A DNA stretch of 64,000 nucleotides. It comes from Eledone cirrhosa (Eukaryota). Both the position numbers and the translations under genes were made by a program. The DNA lies in contig OZ024743.1 of NCBI GenBank assembly GCA_964016885.1, positions 207,638,001 to 207,702,000 on the forward strand. The letters are read 5' to 3'. Position 1 is the first letter of the stretch, and each line of letters starts with the position of its first letter. Positions 9,930 through 24,900 of this stretch are shown piece by piece. Below the pieces are notes generated by a model. The model searched no databases. It saw only the letters and a list, made by a program, of their open reading frames with translations, and was not told where the DNA came from.

Positions 9930-12900
9930 TCCCATGTGTCAACAGTATGGGTGGATGTTGTTGTTGTGGTGGTAGTGTTGGTACTCTACCATGTGTCAAC
10001 AGTATAGATTGTTGTGGTGGTGGTGGTGTTGTTGTGGCAGTGGTAGTGTTGGTACTCTTCCATGTGTCAACAGTATAGGTTGTTGTTGTGGTAGTGTTGT
10101 TGTGGTGGTGGTAATGTTGGTACTCTACCATGTTTCAACAGTATAGGTTGTGGTAGTGTTGTTGTGGCAGTGGTAGTGTTGGTACTCTACCATGTGTCAA
10201 CAGTATAGGTTGTTGTTGTGGTGGTGGTAGTGTTGTTGTGGTGGTGGTAATGTTGGTACTCTACCATGTTTCAACAGTATAGGTTGTGGTGGTGGTAGTG
10301 TTGTTGTGGCAGTGGTAGTGTTGGTACTCTACCATGTGTCAACAGTATAGGTTGTTGTTGTGGTGGTGGTGGTAGTGTTGTTGTGGCAATGGTAGTGTTG
10401 GTACTCTACCATGTGTCAACAGTATAGGTTGTGGTGGTAGTGTTGGTACTCTACCATGTACCAGCAGTATAGGGTATGGTGGTGGTGGAGGTGGTGTTGT
10501 TGTGGCAGTGGTAGTGTTGGTACTCGACCATGTACCAGCAGTATAGGTTGTTGTGGTGGTGGTGTTGTTGTGGCAGTGGTAGTGTTGGTACTCTATCATG
10601 TACCAGCTGTATAGGTTGCTGTGGTAGTGGTGTTGTTGTGGCAGTGTTGGTATTCTACCATGTGTCAACAGTGTAGGTTGTTGTGGTGGTGGTAGTGTTG
10701 TTGTGACAGTGGTAGTGTTGGTACTCTACCATGTGTCAACAGTATAGGTTGTTGTGTTGGTGGTAGTGTTGAAGTGGTAGTGTTGGTACTCTGCAGTGGT
10801 AGTGTTGGTACTCTTCCATGTGCCAACAGTATAGGTTGTTGTTGTAGTAGTGTGGCAGTGGTAGTGTTGGTACTCTTCCATGTGCCAACAGTATGGGTTG
10901 TTGTTGTGTTGGTGGTAGTGTGGCAGTGGTAGTGTTGGTACTCTTCCATGTGCCAACAGTATGAGTTGTTGTTGTGTTGGTGGTAGTGTTGGTACTCTTC
11001 CATGTGCCAACAGTATAGATTGTTGTGGTGTTGGTGGTAGTGTGGCAGTGGTAGTGTTGGTACTCTTCCATGTGCCAACAGTATAGATTGTTGTTGTGTT
11101 GGTGGTAGTGTGACAGTGGTAGTGTTGGTACTCTTCCATGTGCCAACAGTATAGATTGTTGTTGTGTTGGTGGTAGTGTGGCAGTGGTAGTGTTGGTACT
11201 TTTCCATGTGCCAACAGTATGGGTTGTTGTGTTGGTGGTAGTGTGGCAGTGGTAGTGTTGGTACTCTTCCATGTGCCAACAGTATAGATTGTTGTTGTGT
11301 TGGTGGTAGTGTGACAGTGGTAGTGTTGGTACTCTTCCATGTGCCAACAGTATAGATTGTTGTTGTGTTGGTGGTAGTGTGGCAGTGGTAGTGTTGGTAC
11401 TCTTCCATGTGCCAACAGTATGGGTTGTTGTGTTGGTGGTAGTGTGGCAGTGGTAGTGTTGGTACTCTTCCATGTGCCAACAGTATAGATTGTTGTTGTG
11501 TTGGTGGTAGTGTGGCAGTGGTAGTGTTGGTACTTTTCCATGTGCCAACAGTATGGGTTGTTGTTGTGTTGTTGTGGTAGTGCGGCAGTGGTAGTGTTGG
11601 TGGTAGTGTGGCAGTGGTAGTGTTGGTACTCTTCCATGTGCCAACAGTATGGGTTGTTGTGTTGTTGTGGTAGTGTGTCAGTGGTAGTGTTGGTACTCTT
11701 CCATGTGCCAACAGTATGGGTTGTTGTTGTGTTGTTGTGGTAGTGTGTCAGTGGTAGTGTTGGTACTCTTCCATGTGCCAACAGTATGGGTTGTTGTGTT
11801 GTTGTGGTAGTGCGGCAGTGGTAGTGTGGCAGTGGTAGTGTTGGTACTCTTCCGTGTGCCAACAGTATGGGTTGTTGTTGTGTTGTTTTGGTAGTGTGGT
11901 AGTGTTGGTACTCTTCCATGTGCCAACAGTATAGATTGTTGTGTTGGTGGTAGTGTGGAAGTGGTAGTGTTGGTACTCTTCCATGTGCCAACAGTATGGG
12001 TTGTTATTGTTGGTGGTAGTTTGGCAGTGGTAGTGTTGGTACTTTTCCATGTGCCAACAGTATGGGTTGTTGTTGTGTTGGTGGTAGTGTGGCAGTGGTA
12101 GTGTTGATACTCTTCCATGTGCCAACAGTAAGGGTTGTTGTTGTGTTGGTGGTAGTGTGTCAGTGGTAGTGTTGGTACTCTTCCATGTGCCAACAGTATA
12201 GATTGTTGTGTTGGTGGTAGTGTGGCAGTGGTAGTGTTGGTACTCTTCCATGTGCCAACAGTATGTGTTGTTGTTGTGTTGGTGGTAGTGTGACAGTGGT
12301 AGTGTTGGTACTCTTCCATGTGCCAACAGTATGTGTTGTTGTTGTGTTGGTGGTAGTGTGGCAGTGGTAGTGTTGGTACTCTTCCATGTGCCAACAGTAT
12401 GGGTTGTTGTTGTGTTGGTGGTAGTGTGTCAGTGGTAGTGTTGGTACTCTTCCATGCGCCAACAGTATAGATTGGTGTGTTGGTGGTAGTGAGGCAGTGG
12501 TAGTGTTGGTACTCCTCCATGTGCCAACAGTATAGATTGTCGTGTTGGTGGTAGTGTGTCAGTGGTAGTGTTGGTACTCTTCCATGTGCCAACAGTATAG
12601 ATTGTTATGTTGGTGGTAGTGTTGGTACTCTTCCATGTGCCAACGGTATAGATTGTTGTGTTGGTGGTAGTGTGGCAGTGGTAGTGTTGGTACTCTTCCA
12701 TGTGCCAACAGTATGGGTTGTAGTTGTGTTGGTGGTAGTGTGGCAGTGGTAGTGTTGGTACTCTACCATGTTTCAACAGTATAGGTTGTGGTGGTGGTAG
12801 TGTTGTTGTGGCAGTGGTAGTGTTGGTACTCTACCATGTGTCAACAGGATAGGTTGTTGTTGTGGTGGTGGTGGTAATGTTGGTACTCTACCATGTTTCA

Positions 12901-15900
12901 ACAGTATAGGTTGTGGTGGTGGTAGTGTTGTTGTGGCAGTGGTAGTGTTGGTACTCTACCATGTGTCAACAGTATAGGTTGTTGTTGTGGTGGTGGTGGT
13001 AGTGTTGTTGTGGCAATGGTAGTGTTGGTACTCTACCATGTGTCAACAGTATAGGTTGTGGTGGTAGTGTTGGTACTCTACCATGTACCAGCAGTATAGG
13101 GTATGGTGGTGGTGGAGGTGGTGTTGTTGTGGCAGTGGTAGTGTTGGTACTCTACCATGTACCAGCAGTATAGGTTGTTGTGGTGGTGTTGTTGTGGCAG
13201 TGGTAGTGTTGGTACTCTATCATGTACCAGCTGTATAGGTTGCTGTGGTAGTGGTGTTGTTGTGGCAGTGTTGGTATTCTACCATGTGTCAACAGTGTAG
13301 GTTGTTGTGGTAGTGTTGTTATGACAGTGGTAGTGTTGGTACTCTACCATGTGTCAACATTATAGGTTGTTGTGGTGGTGGTAGTGTTCTGGCAGTGGTA
13401 GTGTTTGTACTCTTGCATGTACCAGCAGTATAGGTTGTTGTGTTGGTGGTAGTGTTGAAGTGGTAGTGTTGGTACTCTGCAGTGGTAGTGTTGGTACTCT
13501 TCCATGTGCCAACAGTATAGGTTGTTGTTGTAGTAGTGTGGCAGTGGTAGTGTTGGTACTCTTCCATGTGCCAACAGTATGGGTTGTTGTTGTGTTGGTG
13601 GTAGTGTGGCAGTGGTAGTGTTGGTACTCTTCCATGTGCCAACAGTATGAGTTGTTGTTGTGTTGGTGGTAGTGTTGGTACTCTTCCATGTGCCAACAGT
13701 ATAGATTGTTGTGGTGTTGGTGGTAGTGTGGCAGTGGTAGTGTTGGTACTCTTCCATGTGCCAACAGTATAGATTGTTGTTGTGTTGGTGGTAGTGTGAC
13801 AGTGGTAGTGTTGGTACTCTTCCATGTGCCAACAGTATGGGTTGTTGTGTTGGTGGTAGTGTGGCAGTGGTAGTGTTGGTACTCTTCCATGTGCCAACAG
13901 TATAGATTGTTGTTGTTGGTGGTAGTGTGGCAGTGGTAGTGTTGGTACTTTTCCATGTGCCAACAGTATGGGTTGTTGTTGTGTTGTTGTGGTAGTGCGG
14001 CAGTGGTAGTGTTGGTGGTAGTGTGGCAGTGGTAGTGTTGGTACTCTTCCATGTGCCAACAGTATGGGTTGTTGTTGTGTTGTTGTGGTAGTGTGTCAGT
14101 GGTAGTGTTGGTACTCTTCCATGTGCCAACAGTATGGGTTGTTGTTGTGTTGTTGTGGTAGTGTGGCAGTGGTAGTGTGGCAGTGGTAGTGTTGGTACTC
14201 TTCCATGTGCCAACCGTATAGCTTGTTGTTGTGTTGTTGTGGTAGTGCGGCAGTGGTAGTGTTGGTACTCTTCCATGTGCCAACAGTATAGATTGTTGTG
14301 TTGGTGGTAGTGTGGAAGTGGTAGTGTTGGTACTCTTCCATGCGCCAACAGTATGGGTTGTTATTGTTGGTGGTAGTTTGGCAGTGGTAGTGTTGGTACT
14401 TTTCCATGTGCCAACAGTATGGGTTGTTGTTGTGTTGGTGGTAGTGTGTCAGTGGTAGTGTTGGTACTCTTCCATGTGCCAACAGTATAGATTGTTGTGT
14501 TGGTGGTAGTGTGGCAGTGGTAGTGTTGGTACTCTTCCATGTGCCAACAGTATGGGTTGTTGTTGTGTTGGTGGTAGTGTGTCAGTGGTAGTGTTGGTAC
14601 TCTTCCATGTGCCAACAGTATAGATTGTTGTGTTGGTGGTAGTGTGGCAGTGGTAGTGTTGGTACTCTTCCATGTGCCAACAGTGTGGGTTGTTGTTGTG
14701 TTGGTGGTAGTGTGTCAGTGGTAGTGTTGGTACTCTTCCATGTGCCAACAGTATAGATTGTTGTGTTGGTGGTAGTGTGGCAGTGGTAGTGTTGGTACTC
14801 TTCCATGTGCCAACAGTATAGATTGTTGTGTTGGTGGTAGTGTGGCAGTGGTAGTGTTGGTACTTTTCCATGTGCCAACAGTATAGATTGTTGTGTTGGT
14901 GGTAGTGAGGCTATGGTAGTGTTGGTACTCTTCCATGTGCCAACAGTATAGATTGTCGTGTTGGTGGTAGTGTGGCAGTGGTAGTGTTGGTACTCTTCCA
15001 TGTGCCAACAGTATAGATTGTTGTGTTGGTGGTAGTGTGGCAGTGGTAGTGTTGGTACTCTTCCATGTGCCAACAGTGTGGGTTGTTGTTGTGTTGGTGG
15101 TAGTGTGTCAGTGGTAGTGTTGGTACTCTTCCATGTGCCAACAGTATAGATTGTTGTGTTGGTGGTAGTGTGGCAGTGGTAGTGTTGGTACTCTTCCATG
15201 TGCCAACAGTATAGATTGTTGTGTTGGTGGTAGTGTGGCAGTGGTAGTGTTGGTACTTTTCCATGTGCCAACAGTATAGATTGTTGTGTTGGTGGTAGTG
15301 TGGCAGTGGTAGTGTTGGTACTCTTCCATGTGCCAACAGTATAGATTGTCGTGTTGGTGGTAGTGTGGCAGTGGTAGTGTTGGTACTCTTCCATGTGCCA
15401 ACAGTATAGATTGTTGTGTTGGTGGTAGTGTGGCAGTGGTAGTGTTGGTACTCTTCCATGTGTCAACAGTATGGGTTGTTGTTGTGTTGGTGGTAGTGTG
15501 GCAGTGGTAGTGTTGGTAATTTTCCATGTGCCAACAGTATGGGTTGTTGTTGTGTTGGTGCTAGTGTGTCAGTGGTAGTGTTGATACTCTTCCATGTGCC
15601 AACAGTATGGGTTGTTGTTGTGTTGGTGGTAGTGTGGCAGTGGTAGTGTTGGTACTCTTCCATGTGCCAACAGTATGGGTTGTTGTTGTGATGGTGGTAG
15701 TGTGGCAGTGGTAGTGTTGGTACTCTTCCATGTGCCAACAGTATAGGTTGTTGTGTTGGTGGTAGTGTGGCAGTGGTAGTGTTGGTACTCTTCCATGTGC
15801 CAACAGTATGGGTTGTTGTTGTGTTGGTGGTAGTGTGGCAGTGGTAGTGTTGGTACTCTTCCATGTGCCAACAGTATGGGTTGTTGTTGTGTTGGTGGTA

Positions 15901-18900
15901 GTGTGGCAGTGATAGTGTTGGTTCTCTTCCATGTGTCAACAGTATAGGTTGTTGTGGTGGTGGTGGTGGTAGTGTTGTTGTGGCAGTGGTAATGTTGGTA
16001 CTCGACCATGTGTCAACAGTATAGGTTGTTGTTGTTGTAGTGGTGGTGGTGGTAGTGTTGTTGTGGCAGTGGTAATGTTGGTACTCTTCCATGTGTCAAC
16101 AGTATAGATTGTTGTGGTGGTGGTAATGTTGGTACTCTACCATGTTTCAACAGTATAGGTTATGGTGGTGGTGGTTGTGTTGTGGTAGTGTTGGTACTCT
16201 TCCATGTGTCAACAGTATAGGTTGTGGTGGTGGTGGTGTTGTTGTGGCAGTGGTAGTGTTGGTACTCTAATATGTGTCAACAGTATAGGTAGTAGTGTTG
16301 TTGTGGCAGTGGTAGTGTTGGTACTCTTCCATGTGCCAACAGTATGGGTTGTCGTTGTGTTGGTGGTAGTGTGGCAGTGGTAGTGTTGGTACTCTTCCAT
16401 GTGCCAACAGTATAGATTGTTGTGTTGGTGGTAGTGTGGCAGTGGTTGTGTTGGTACTCTTCCATGTGCCAACAGTTTAGATTGTTGTCTTGGTGGTAGT
16501 GTGGCAGTGGTAGTGTTGGTACTCTTCCATGTGCCAACAGTATGGGTTGTTGTTGTGTTGGTGGTAGTGTGGCAGTGGTAGTGTTGATACTCTTCCATGT
16601 GCCAACAGTATAGATTGTTGGTGGTAGTGTGGCAGTGGTAGTGTTGGTACTCTTCCATGTGCCAACAGTATGGGTTGTTGTTGTGTTGGTGGTAGTGTGG
16701 CAGTGGTAGTGTTGGTACTCTTCCATGTGCCAACTAGTAGGGTTGTTGTTGTGTTGTTGTGGTAGTGTGGCAGTGGTAGTGTTGGTACTCTTCCATGTGT
16801 CAACAGTATAGATTGTTGTGTTGGTGGTAGTGTGGAAGTGGTAGTGTTGGTACTCTTCCATGTGCCAACAGTATAGATTGTTGTGTTGGTGGCAGTGGTA
16901 GTGTTGGTACTCTTCCATGTGCCATCAGTATAGATTGTTGTGTTGGTGGTAGTGTGGCAGTGGTAGTGTTGGTACTCTTCCATGTGCCAACAGTATAGAT
17001 TGTTGTGTTGGTGGTAGTGTGGCAGTGGTAGTGTTGGTACTCTTCCATGTGCCAACAGTATGTGTTGTTGTTGTGTTGGTGGTAGTGTGACAGTGGTAGT
17101 GTTGGTACTCTTCCATGTGCCAACAGTATGTGTTGTTGTTGTGTTGGTGGTAGTGTGGCAGTGGTAGTGTTGGTACTCTTCCATGTGCCAACAGTATGGG
17201 TTGTTGTTGTGTTGGTGGTAGTGTGTCAGTGGTAGTGTTGGTACTCTTCCATGCGCCAACAGTATAGATTGGTGTGTTGGTGGTAGTGAGGCAGTGGTAG
17301 TGTTGGTACTCCTCCATGTGCCAACAGTATAGATTGTCGTGTTGGTGGTAGTGTGTCAGTGGTAGTGTTGGTACTCTTCCATGTGCCAACAGTATAGATT
17401 GTTATGTTGGTGGTAGTGTTGGTACTCTTCCATGTGCCAACGGTATAGATTGTTGTGTTGGTGGTAGTGTGGCAGTGGTAGTGTTGGTACTCTTCCATGT
17501 GCCAACAGTATGGGTTGTAGTTGTGTTGGTGGTAGTGTGGCAGTGGTAGTGTTGGTACTCTACCATGTTTCAACAGTATAGGTTGTGGTGGTGGTAGTGT
17601 TGTTGTGGCAGTGGTAGTGTTGGTACTCTACCATGTGTCAACAGGATAGGTTGTTGTTGTGGTGGTGGTGGTAATGTTGGTACTCTACCATGTTTCAACA
17701 GTATAGGTTGTGGTGGTGGTAGTGTTGTTGTGGCAGTGGTAGTGTTGGTACTCTACCATGTGTCAACAGTATAGGTTGTTGTTGTGGTGGTGGTGGTAGT
17801 GTTGTTGTGGCAATGGTAGTGTTGGTACTCTACCATGTGTCAACAGTATAGGTTGTGGTGGTAGTGTTGGTACTCTACCATGTACCAGCAGTATAGGGTA
17901 TGGTGGTGGTGGAGGTGGTGTTGTTGTGGCAGTGGTAGTGTTGGTACTCTACCATGTACCAGCAGTATAGGTTGTTGTGGTGGTGTTGTTGTGGCAGTGG
18001 TAGTGTTGGTACTCTATCATGTACCAGCTGTATAGGTTGCTGTGGTAGTGGTGTTGTTGTGGCAGTGTTGGTATTCTACCATGTGTCAACAGTGTAGGTT
18101 GTTGTGGTAGTGTTGTTATGACAGTGGTAGTGTTGGTACTCTACCATGTGTCAACATTATAGGTTGTTGTGGTGGTGGTAGTGTTCTGGCAGTGGTAGTG
18201 TTTGTACTCTTGCATGTACCAGCAGTATAGGTTGTTGTGTTGGTGGTAGTGTTGAAGTGGTAGTGTTGGTACTCTGCAGTGGTAGTGTTGGTACTCTTCC
18301 ATGTGCCAACAGTATAGGTTGTTGTTGTAGTAGTGTGGCAGTGGTAGTGTTGGTACTCTTCCATGTGCCAACAGTATGGGTTGTTGTTGTGTTGGTGGTA
18401 GTGTGGCAGTGGTAGTGTTGGTACTCTTCCATGTGCCAACAGTATGAGTTGTTGTTGTGTTGGTGGTAGTGTTGGTACTCTTCCATGTGCCAACAGTATA
18501 GATTGTTGTGGTGTTGGTGGTAGTGTGGCAGTGGTAGTGTTGGTACTCTTCCATGTGCCAACAGTATAGATTGTTGTTGTGTTGGTGGTAGTGTGACAGT
18601 GGTAGTGTTGGTACTCTTCCATGTGCCAACAGTATGGGTTGTTGTGTTGGTGGTAGTGTGGCAGTGGTAGTGTTGGTACTCTTCCATGTGCCAACAGTAT
18701 AGATTGTTGTTGTTGGTGGTAGTGTGGCAGTGGTAGTGTTGGTACTTTTCCATGTGCCAACAGTATGGGTTGTTGTTGTGTTGTTGTGGTAGTGCGGCAG
18801 TGGTAGTGTTGGTGGTAGTGTGGCAGTGGTAGTGTTGGTACTCTTCCATGTGCCAACAGTATGGGTTGTTGTTGTGTTGTTGTGGTAGTGTGTCAGTGGT

Positions 18901-21900
18901 AGTGTTGGTACTCTTCCATGTGCCAACAGTATGGGTTGTTGTTGTGTTGTTGTGGTAGTGTGGCAGTGGTAGTGTGGCAGTGGTAGTGTTGGTACTCTTC
19001 CATGTGCCAACCGTATAGCTTGTTGTTGTGTTGTTGTGGTAGTGCGGCAGTGGTAGTGTTGGTACTCTTCCATGTGCCAACAGTATAGATTGTTGTGTTG
19101 GTGGTAGTGTGGAAGTGGTAGTGTTGGTACTCTTCCATGCGCCAACAGTATGGGTTGTTATTGTTGGTGGTAGTTTGGCAGTGGTAGTGTTGGTACTTTT
19201 CCATGTGCCAACAGTATGGGTTGTTGTTGTGTTGGTGGTAGTGTGTCAGTGGTAGTGTTGGTACTCTTCCATGTGCCAACAGTATAGATTGTTGTGTTGG
19301 TGGTAGTGTGGCAGTGGTAGTGTTGGTACTCTTCCATGTGCCAACAGTATGGGTTGTTGTTGTGTTGGTGGTAGTGTGTCAGTGGTAGTGTTGGTACTCT
19401 TCCATGTGCCAACAGTATAGATTGTTGTGTTGGTGGTAGTGTGGCAGTGGTAGTGTTGGTACTCTTCCATGTGCCAACAGTGTGGGTTGTTGTTGTGTTG
19501 GTGGTAGTGTGTCAGTGGTAGTGTTGGTACTCTTCCATGTGCCAACAGTATAGATTGTTGTGTTGGTGGTAGTGTGGCAGTGGTAGTGTTGGTACTCTTC
19601 CATGTGCCAACAGTATAGATTGTTGTGTTGGTGGTAGTGTGGCAGTGGTAGTGTTGGTACTTTTCCATGTGCCAACAGTATAGATTGTTGTGTTGGTGGT
19701 AGTGAGGCTATGGTAGTGTTGGTACTCTTCCATGTGCCAACAGTATAGATTGTCGTGTTGGTGGTAGTGTGGCAGTGGTAGTGTTGGTACTCTTCCATGT
19801 GCCAACAGTATAGATTGTTGTGTTGGTGGTAGTGTGGCAGTGGTAGTGTTGGTACTCTTCCATGTGCCAACAGTGTGGGTTGTTGTTGTGTTGGTGGTAG
19901 TGTGTCAGTGGTAGTGTTGGTACTCTTCCATGTGCCAACAGTATAGATTGTTGTGTTGGTGGTAGTGTGGCAGTGGTAGTGTTGGTACTCTTCCATGTGC
20001 CAACAGTATAGATTGTTGTGTTGGTGGTAGTGTGGCAGTGGTAGTGTTGGTACTTTTCCATGTGCCAACAGTATAGATTGTTGTGTTGGTGGTAGTGTGG
20101 CAGTGGTAGTGTTGGTACTCTTCCATGTGCCAACAGTATAGATTGTCGTGTTGGTGGTAGTGTGGCAGTGGTAGTGTTGGTACTCTTCCATGTGCCAACA
20201 GTATAGATTGTTGTGTTGGTGGTAGTGTGGCAGTGGTAGTGTTGGTACTCTTCCATGTGTCAACAGTATGGGTTGTTGTTGTGTTGGTGGTAGTGTGGCA
20301 GTGGTAGTGTTGGTAATTTTCCATGTGCCAACAGTATGGGTTGTTGTTGTGTTGGTGCTAGTGTGTCAGTGGTAGTGTTGATACTCTTCCATGTGCCAAC
20401 AGTATGGGTTGTTGTTGTGTTGGTGGTAGTGTGGCAGTGGTAGTGTTGGTACTCTTCCATGTGCCAACAGTATGGGTTGTTGTTGTGATGGTGGTAGTGT
20501 GGCAGTGGTAGTGTTGGTACTCTTCCATGTGCCAACAGTATAGGTTGTTGTGTTGGTGGTAGTGTGGCAGTGGTAGTGTTGGTACTCTTCCATGTGCCAA
20601 CAGTATGGGTTGTTGTTGTGTTGGTGGTAGTGTGGCAGTGGTAGTGTTGGTACTCTTCCATGTGCCAACAGTATGGGTTGTTGTTGTGTTGGTGGTAGTG
20701 TGGCAGTGATAGTGTTGGTTCTCTTCCATGTGTCAACAGTATAGGTTGTTGTGGTGGTGGTGGTGGTAGTGTTGTTGTGGCAGTGGTAATGTTGGTACTC
20801 GACCATGTGTCAACAGTATAGGTTGTTGTTGTTGTAGTGGTGGTGGTGGTAGTGTTGTTGTGGCAGTGGTAATGTTGGTACTCTTCCATGTGTCAACAGT
20901 ATAGATTGTTGTGGTGGTGGTAATGTTGGTACTCTACCATGTTTCAACAGTATAGGTTATGGTGGTGGTGGTTGTGTTGTGGTAGTGTTGGTACTCTTCC
21001 ATGTGTCAACAGTATAGGTTGTGGTGGTGGTGGTGTTGTTGTGGCAGTGGTAGTGTTGGTACTCTAATATGTGTCAACAGTATAGGTAGTAGTGTTGTTG
21101 TGGCAGTGGTAGTGTTGGTACTCTTCCATGTGCCAACAGTATGGGTTGTCGTTGTGTTGGTGGTAGTGTGGCAGTGGTAGTGTTGGTACTCTTCCATGTG
21201 CCAACAGTATAGATTGTTGTGTTGGTGGTAGTGTGGCAGTGGTTGTGTTGGTACTCTTCCATGTGCCAACAGTTTAGATTGTTGTCTTGGTGGTAGTGTG
21301 GCAGTGGTAGTGTTGGTACTCTTCCATGTGCCAACAGTATGGGTTGTTGTTGTGTTGGTGGTAGTGTGGCAGTGGTAGTGTTGATACTCTTCCATGTGCC
21401 AACAGTATAGATTGTTGGTGGTAGTGTGGCAGTGGTAGTGTTGGTACTCTTCCATGTGCCAACAGTATGGGTTGTTGTTGTGTTGGTGGTAGTGTGGCAG
21501 TGGTAGTGTTGGTACTCTTCCATGTGCCAACTAGTAGGGTTGTTGTTGTGTTGTTGTGGTAGTGTGGCAGTGGTAGTGTTGGTACTCTTCCATGTGTCAA
21601 CAGTATAGATTGTTGTGTTGGTGGTAGTGTGGAAGTGGTAGTGTTGGTACTCTTCCATGTGCCAACAGTATAGATTGTTGTGTTGGTGGCAGTGGTAGTG
21701 TTGGTACTCTTCCATGTGCCATCAGTATAGATTGTTGTGTTGGTGGTAGTGTGGCAGTGGTAGTGTTGGTACTCTTCCATGTGCCAACAGTATAGATTGT
21801 TGTGTTGGTAGTAGTGTGGCAGTGGTAGTGTTGGTAATTTTCCATGTGCCAACAGTATAGATTGTTGTGTTGGTGGTAGTGTGGCAGTGGTAGTGTTGGT

Positions 21901-24900
21901 ACTCTTCCATGTGCCAACAGTATAGATTGTTGTGTTGGTGGTAGTGTGGCAGTGGTAGTGTTGGTACTCTTCCATGTGCCAACAGTATGGGTTGTTGTTG
22001 TGTTGGTGGTAGTGTGGCAGTGGTAGTGTTGATACTCTTCCATGTGCCAACAGTATAGATTGTTGTGTTGGTGGTAGTGTGGCAGTGGTAGTGTTGGTAC
22101 TCTTCCATGTGCCAACAGTATAGATTGTCGTGTTGGTGGTAGTGTGGAAGTGGTAGTGTTGGTACTCTTCCATGTGCCAACAGTATGGGTTGTTGCTGTG
22201 TTGGTGGTAGTGTGGCAGTGGTAGTGTTGGTACGCTTCCATGTGCCAACAGTATGGGTTGTTGTTGTGTTGGTGGTAGTGTGGCAGTGGTAGTGTTGGTA
22301 CTCTTCCATGTGCCAACAGTATAGATTGTTGTTGTGTTGGTGGTAGTGTGGCAGTGGTAGTGTTGGTACTTTTCCATGTGCCAACAGTATGGGTTGTTGT
22401 TGTGTTGGTGGTAGTGTGGCAGTGGTAGTGTTGGTACTCTTCCATGTGCCAACAGTATGGGATGTTATTGTGTTGGTGGTAGTGCGACAGTGGTAGTGTT
22501 GGTACTCTTCCATGTGCCAACAGTATAGGTTGTTGTTGTGTTGGTGGTAGTGTGGCAGTGGTAGTGTTGGTACTCTTCCATGTGCCAACAGTATGGGATG
22601 TTATTGTGTTGGTGGTAGTGTGACAGTGGTATTGTTCGTACTCTTCCATGTGCCAACAGTATAGATTGTTGTGTTGGTGGTAGTGTGGCAGTGGTAGTGT
22701 TGGTACTCTTCCATGTGCCAACAGTATAGATTGTTGTGTTGGTGGTAGTGTGGCAGTGGTAGTGCTGGTAATTTTCCATGTGCCAACAGTATAGATTGTT
22801 GTGTAGGTGGTAGTGTGGCAGTGGTAGTGTTGGTACTCTTCCATGTGCCAACAGTATAGATTGTTGTGTTTGTGGTAGTGTGGCAGTGGTAGTGTTGGTA
22901 CTCTTCCATGTACCAACAGTATGGGATGTTATTGTGTTGGTGGTAGTGTGACAGTGGTAGTGTTGGTACTCTTCCATGTGCCAACAGTATGGGTTGTTGT
23001 TGTGTTGTTGTGGTAGTGTGGCAGTGGTAGTGCTGGTACTCTTCCATGTGCCAACAGTATGGGTTGTTGTTGTGTTGGTGTTAGTGTTACAGTGGTAGTG
23101 TTGGTACTCTTCCATGTGCCAACAGTATGGGTTGTTGTTGTGTTGGTGCTAGTGTGGCAGTGGTAGTGTTGGTACTCTTCCATGTGCCAACAGTATGGGA
23201 TGTTATTGTGTTGGTGGTAGTGTGACAGTGGTAGTGTTCGTACTCTTCCATGTGCCAACAGTATAGATTGTTGTGTTGGTGGTAGTGTGGCAGTGGTAGT
23301 GTTGGTATTCTTCCATGTGCCAACAGTATAGATTGTTGTGTTGGTGGTAGTGTGGCAGTGGTAGTGCTTGTAATTTTCCATGTGCCAACAGTATAGATTG
23401 TTGTGTAGGTGGTAGTGTGGCAGTGGTAGTGTTGGTACTCTTCCATGTGCCAACAGTATAGATTGTTGTGTTGGTGGTAGTGTGTCAGTGGTAGTGTTGG
23501 TACTCTTCCATGTACCAACAGTATGGGTTGTTGTTGTGTAGGTGGTAGTGTGGCAGTGGTAATGTTGGTACTCTTCCATGTGCCAACAGTATAGGTTGTG
23601 GTGGTGGTGGTGGTGTTGTGGCAGTGGTACTGTTGGTACTCTACCATGTGTCAACAGTATAGGTTGTTGTTGTGGTGGTAGTGTTGGTACTCTACCATGT
23701 GTCAACAGTATAGGTAGTAGTGTTGTTGTGGCAGTGGTAGTGTTGGTACTCTTCCATGTGCCAACAGTATGGGTTGTCGTTGTGTTGGTGGTAGTGTGGC
23801 AGTGGTAGTGTTAGTACTCTTCCATGTGCCAACAGTATAGATTGTTGTTGTGTTGGTGGTAGTGTGGCAGTGGTAGTGTTGGTACTCTTCCATGTGCCAA
23901 CAGTATAGATTGTTGTGTTGGTGGTAGTGTGGCAGTGGTTGTGTTGGTACTCTTCCATGTGCCAACAGTTTAGATTGTTGTGTTGGTGGTACTGTGGCAG
24001 TGGTTGTGTTGGTACTCTTCCATGTGCCAACAGTATGTGTTGTTGTTGTGTTGGTGGTAGTGTGGCAGTGGTTGTGTTGGTACTCTTCCATGTGCCAACA
24101 GTTTAGATTGTTGTCTTGGTGGTAGTGTGGCAGTGATTGTGTTGATACTCTTCCATGTGCCAACAGTATGGGTTGTTGTTGTGTTGGTGGTAGTGTGGCA
24201 GTGGTAGTGTTGGTACTCTTCCATGTGCCAACAGTATGGGTTATTGTTGTGTTGGTGGTAGTGTGGGAGTGGTAGTGTTGATACTCTTCCATGTGCCAAC
24301 AGTATGGGTTGTTGTTGTGTTGGTGGTAGTGTGGCAGTGGTAGTGTTGGTACTCTTCCATGTGCCAACAGTATGGGTTGTTGTTGCGTTGGTGGTAGTGT
24401 GGCAGTGGTAGTGTTGGTACTCTTCCATGTGCCAACAGTATGGGTTGTTGTTGTGTTGGTGGTAGTGTGGCAGTGGTAGTGTTGGTACTCTTCCATGTGC
24501 CAACAGTATGGGTTGTTGTTGTGTTGTTGTGGTAGTGTGGCAGTGGTAGTGTTGGTACTCTTCCATGTGCCAACAGTATAGATTGTTGTGTTGGTGGTAG
24601 TGTGGAAGTGGTAGTGTTGGTACTCTTCCATGTGCCAACAGTATAGATTGTTGTGTTGGTGGCAGTGGTAGTGTTGGTACTCTTCCATGTGCCATCAGTA
24701 TAGATTGTTGTGTTGGTGGTAGTGTGGCAGTGGTAGTGTTGGTACTCTTCCATGTGCCAACAGTATAGATTGTTGTGTTGGTAGTAGTGTGGCAGTGGTA
24801 GTGTTGGTAATTTTCCATGTGCCAACAGTATAGATTGTTGTGTTGGTGGTAGTGTGGCAGTGGTAGTGTTGGTACTCTTCCATGTGCCAACAGTATAGAT

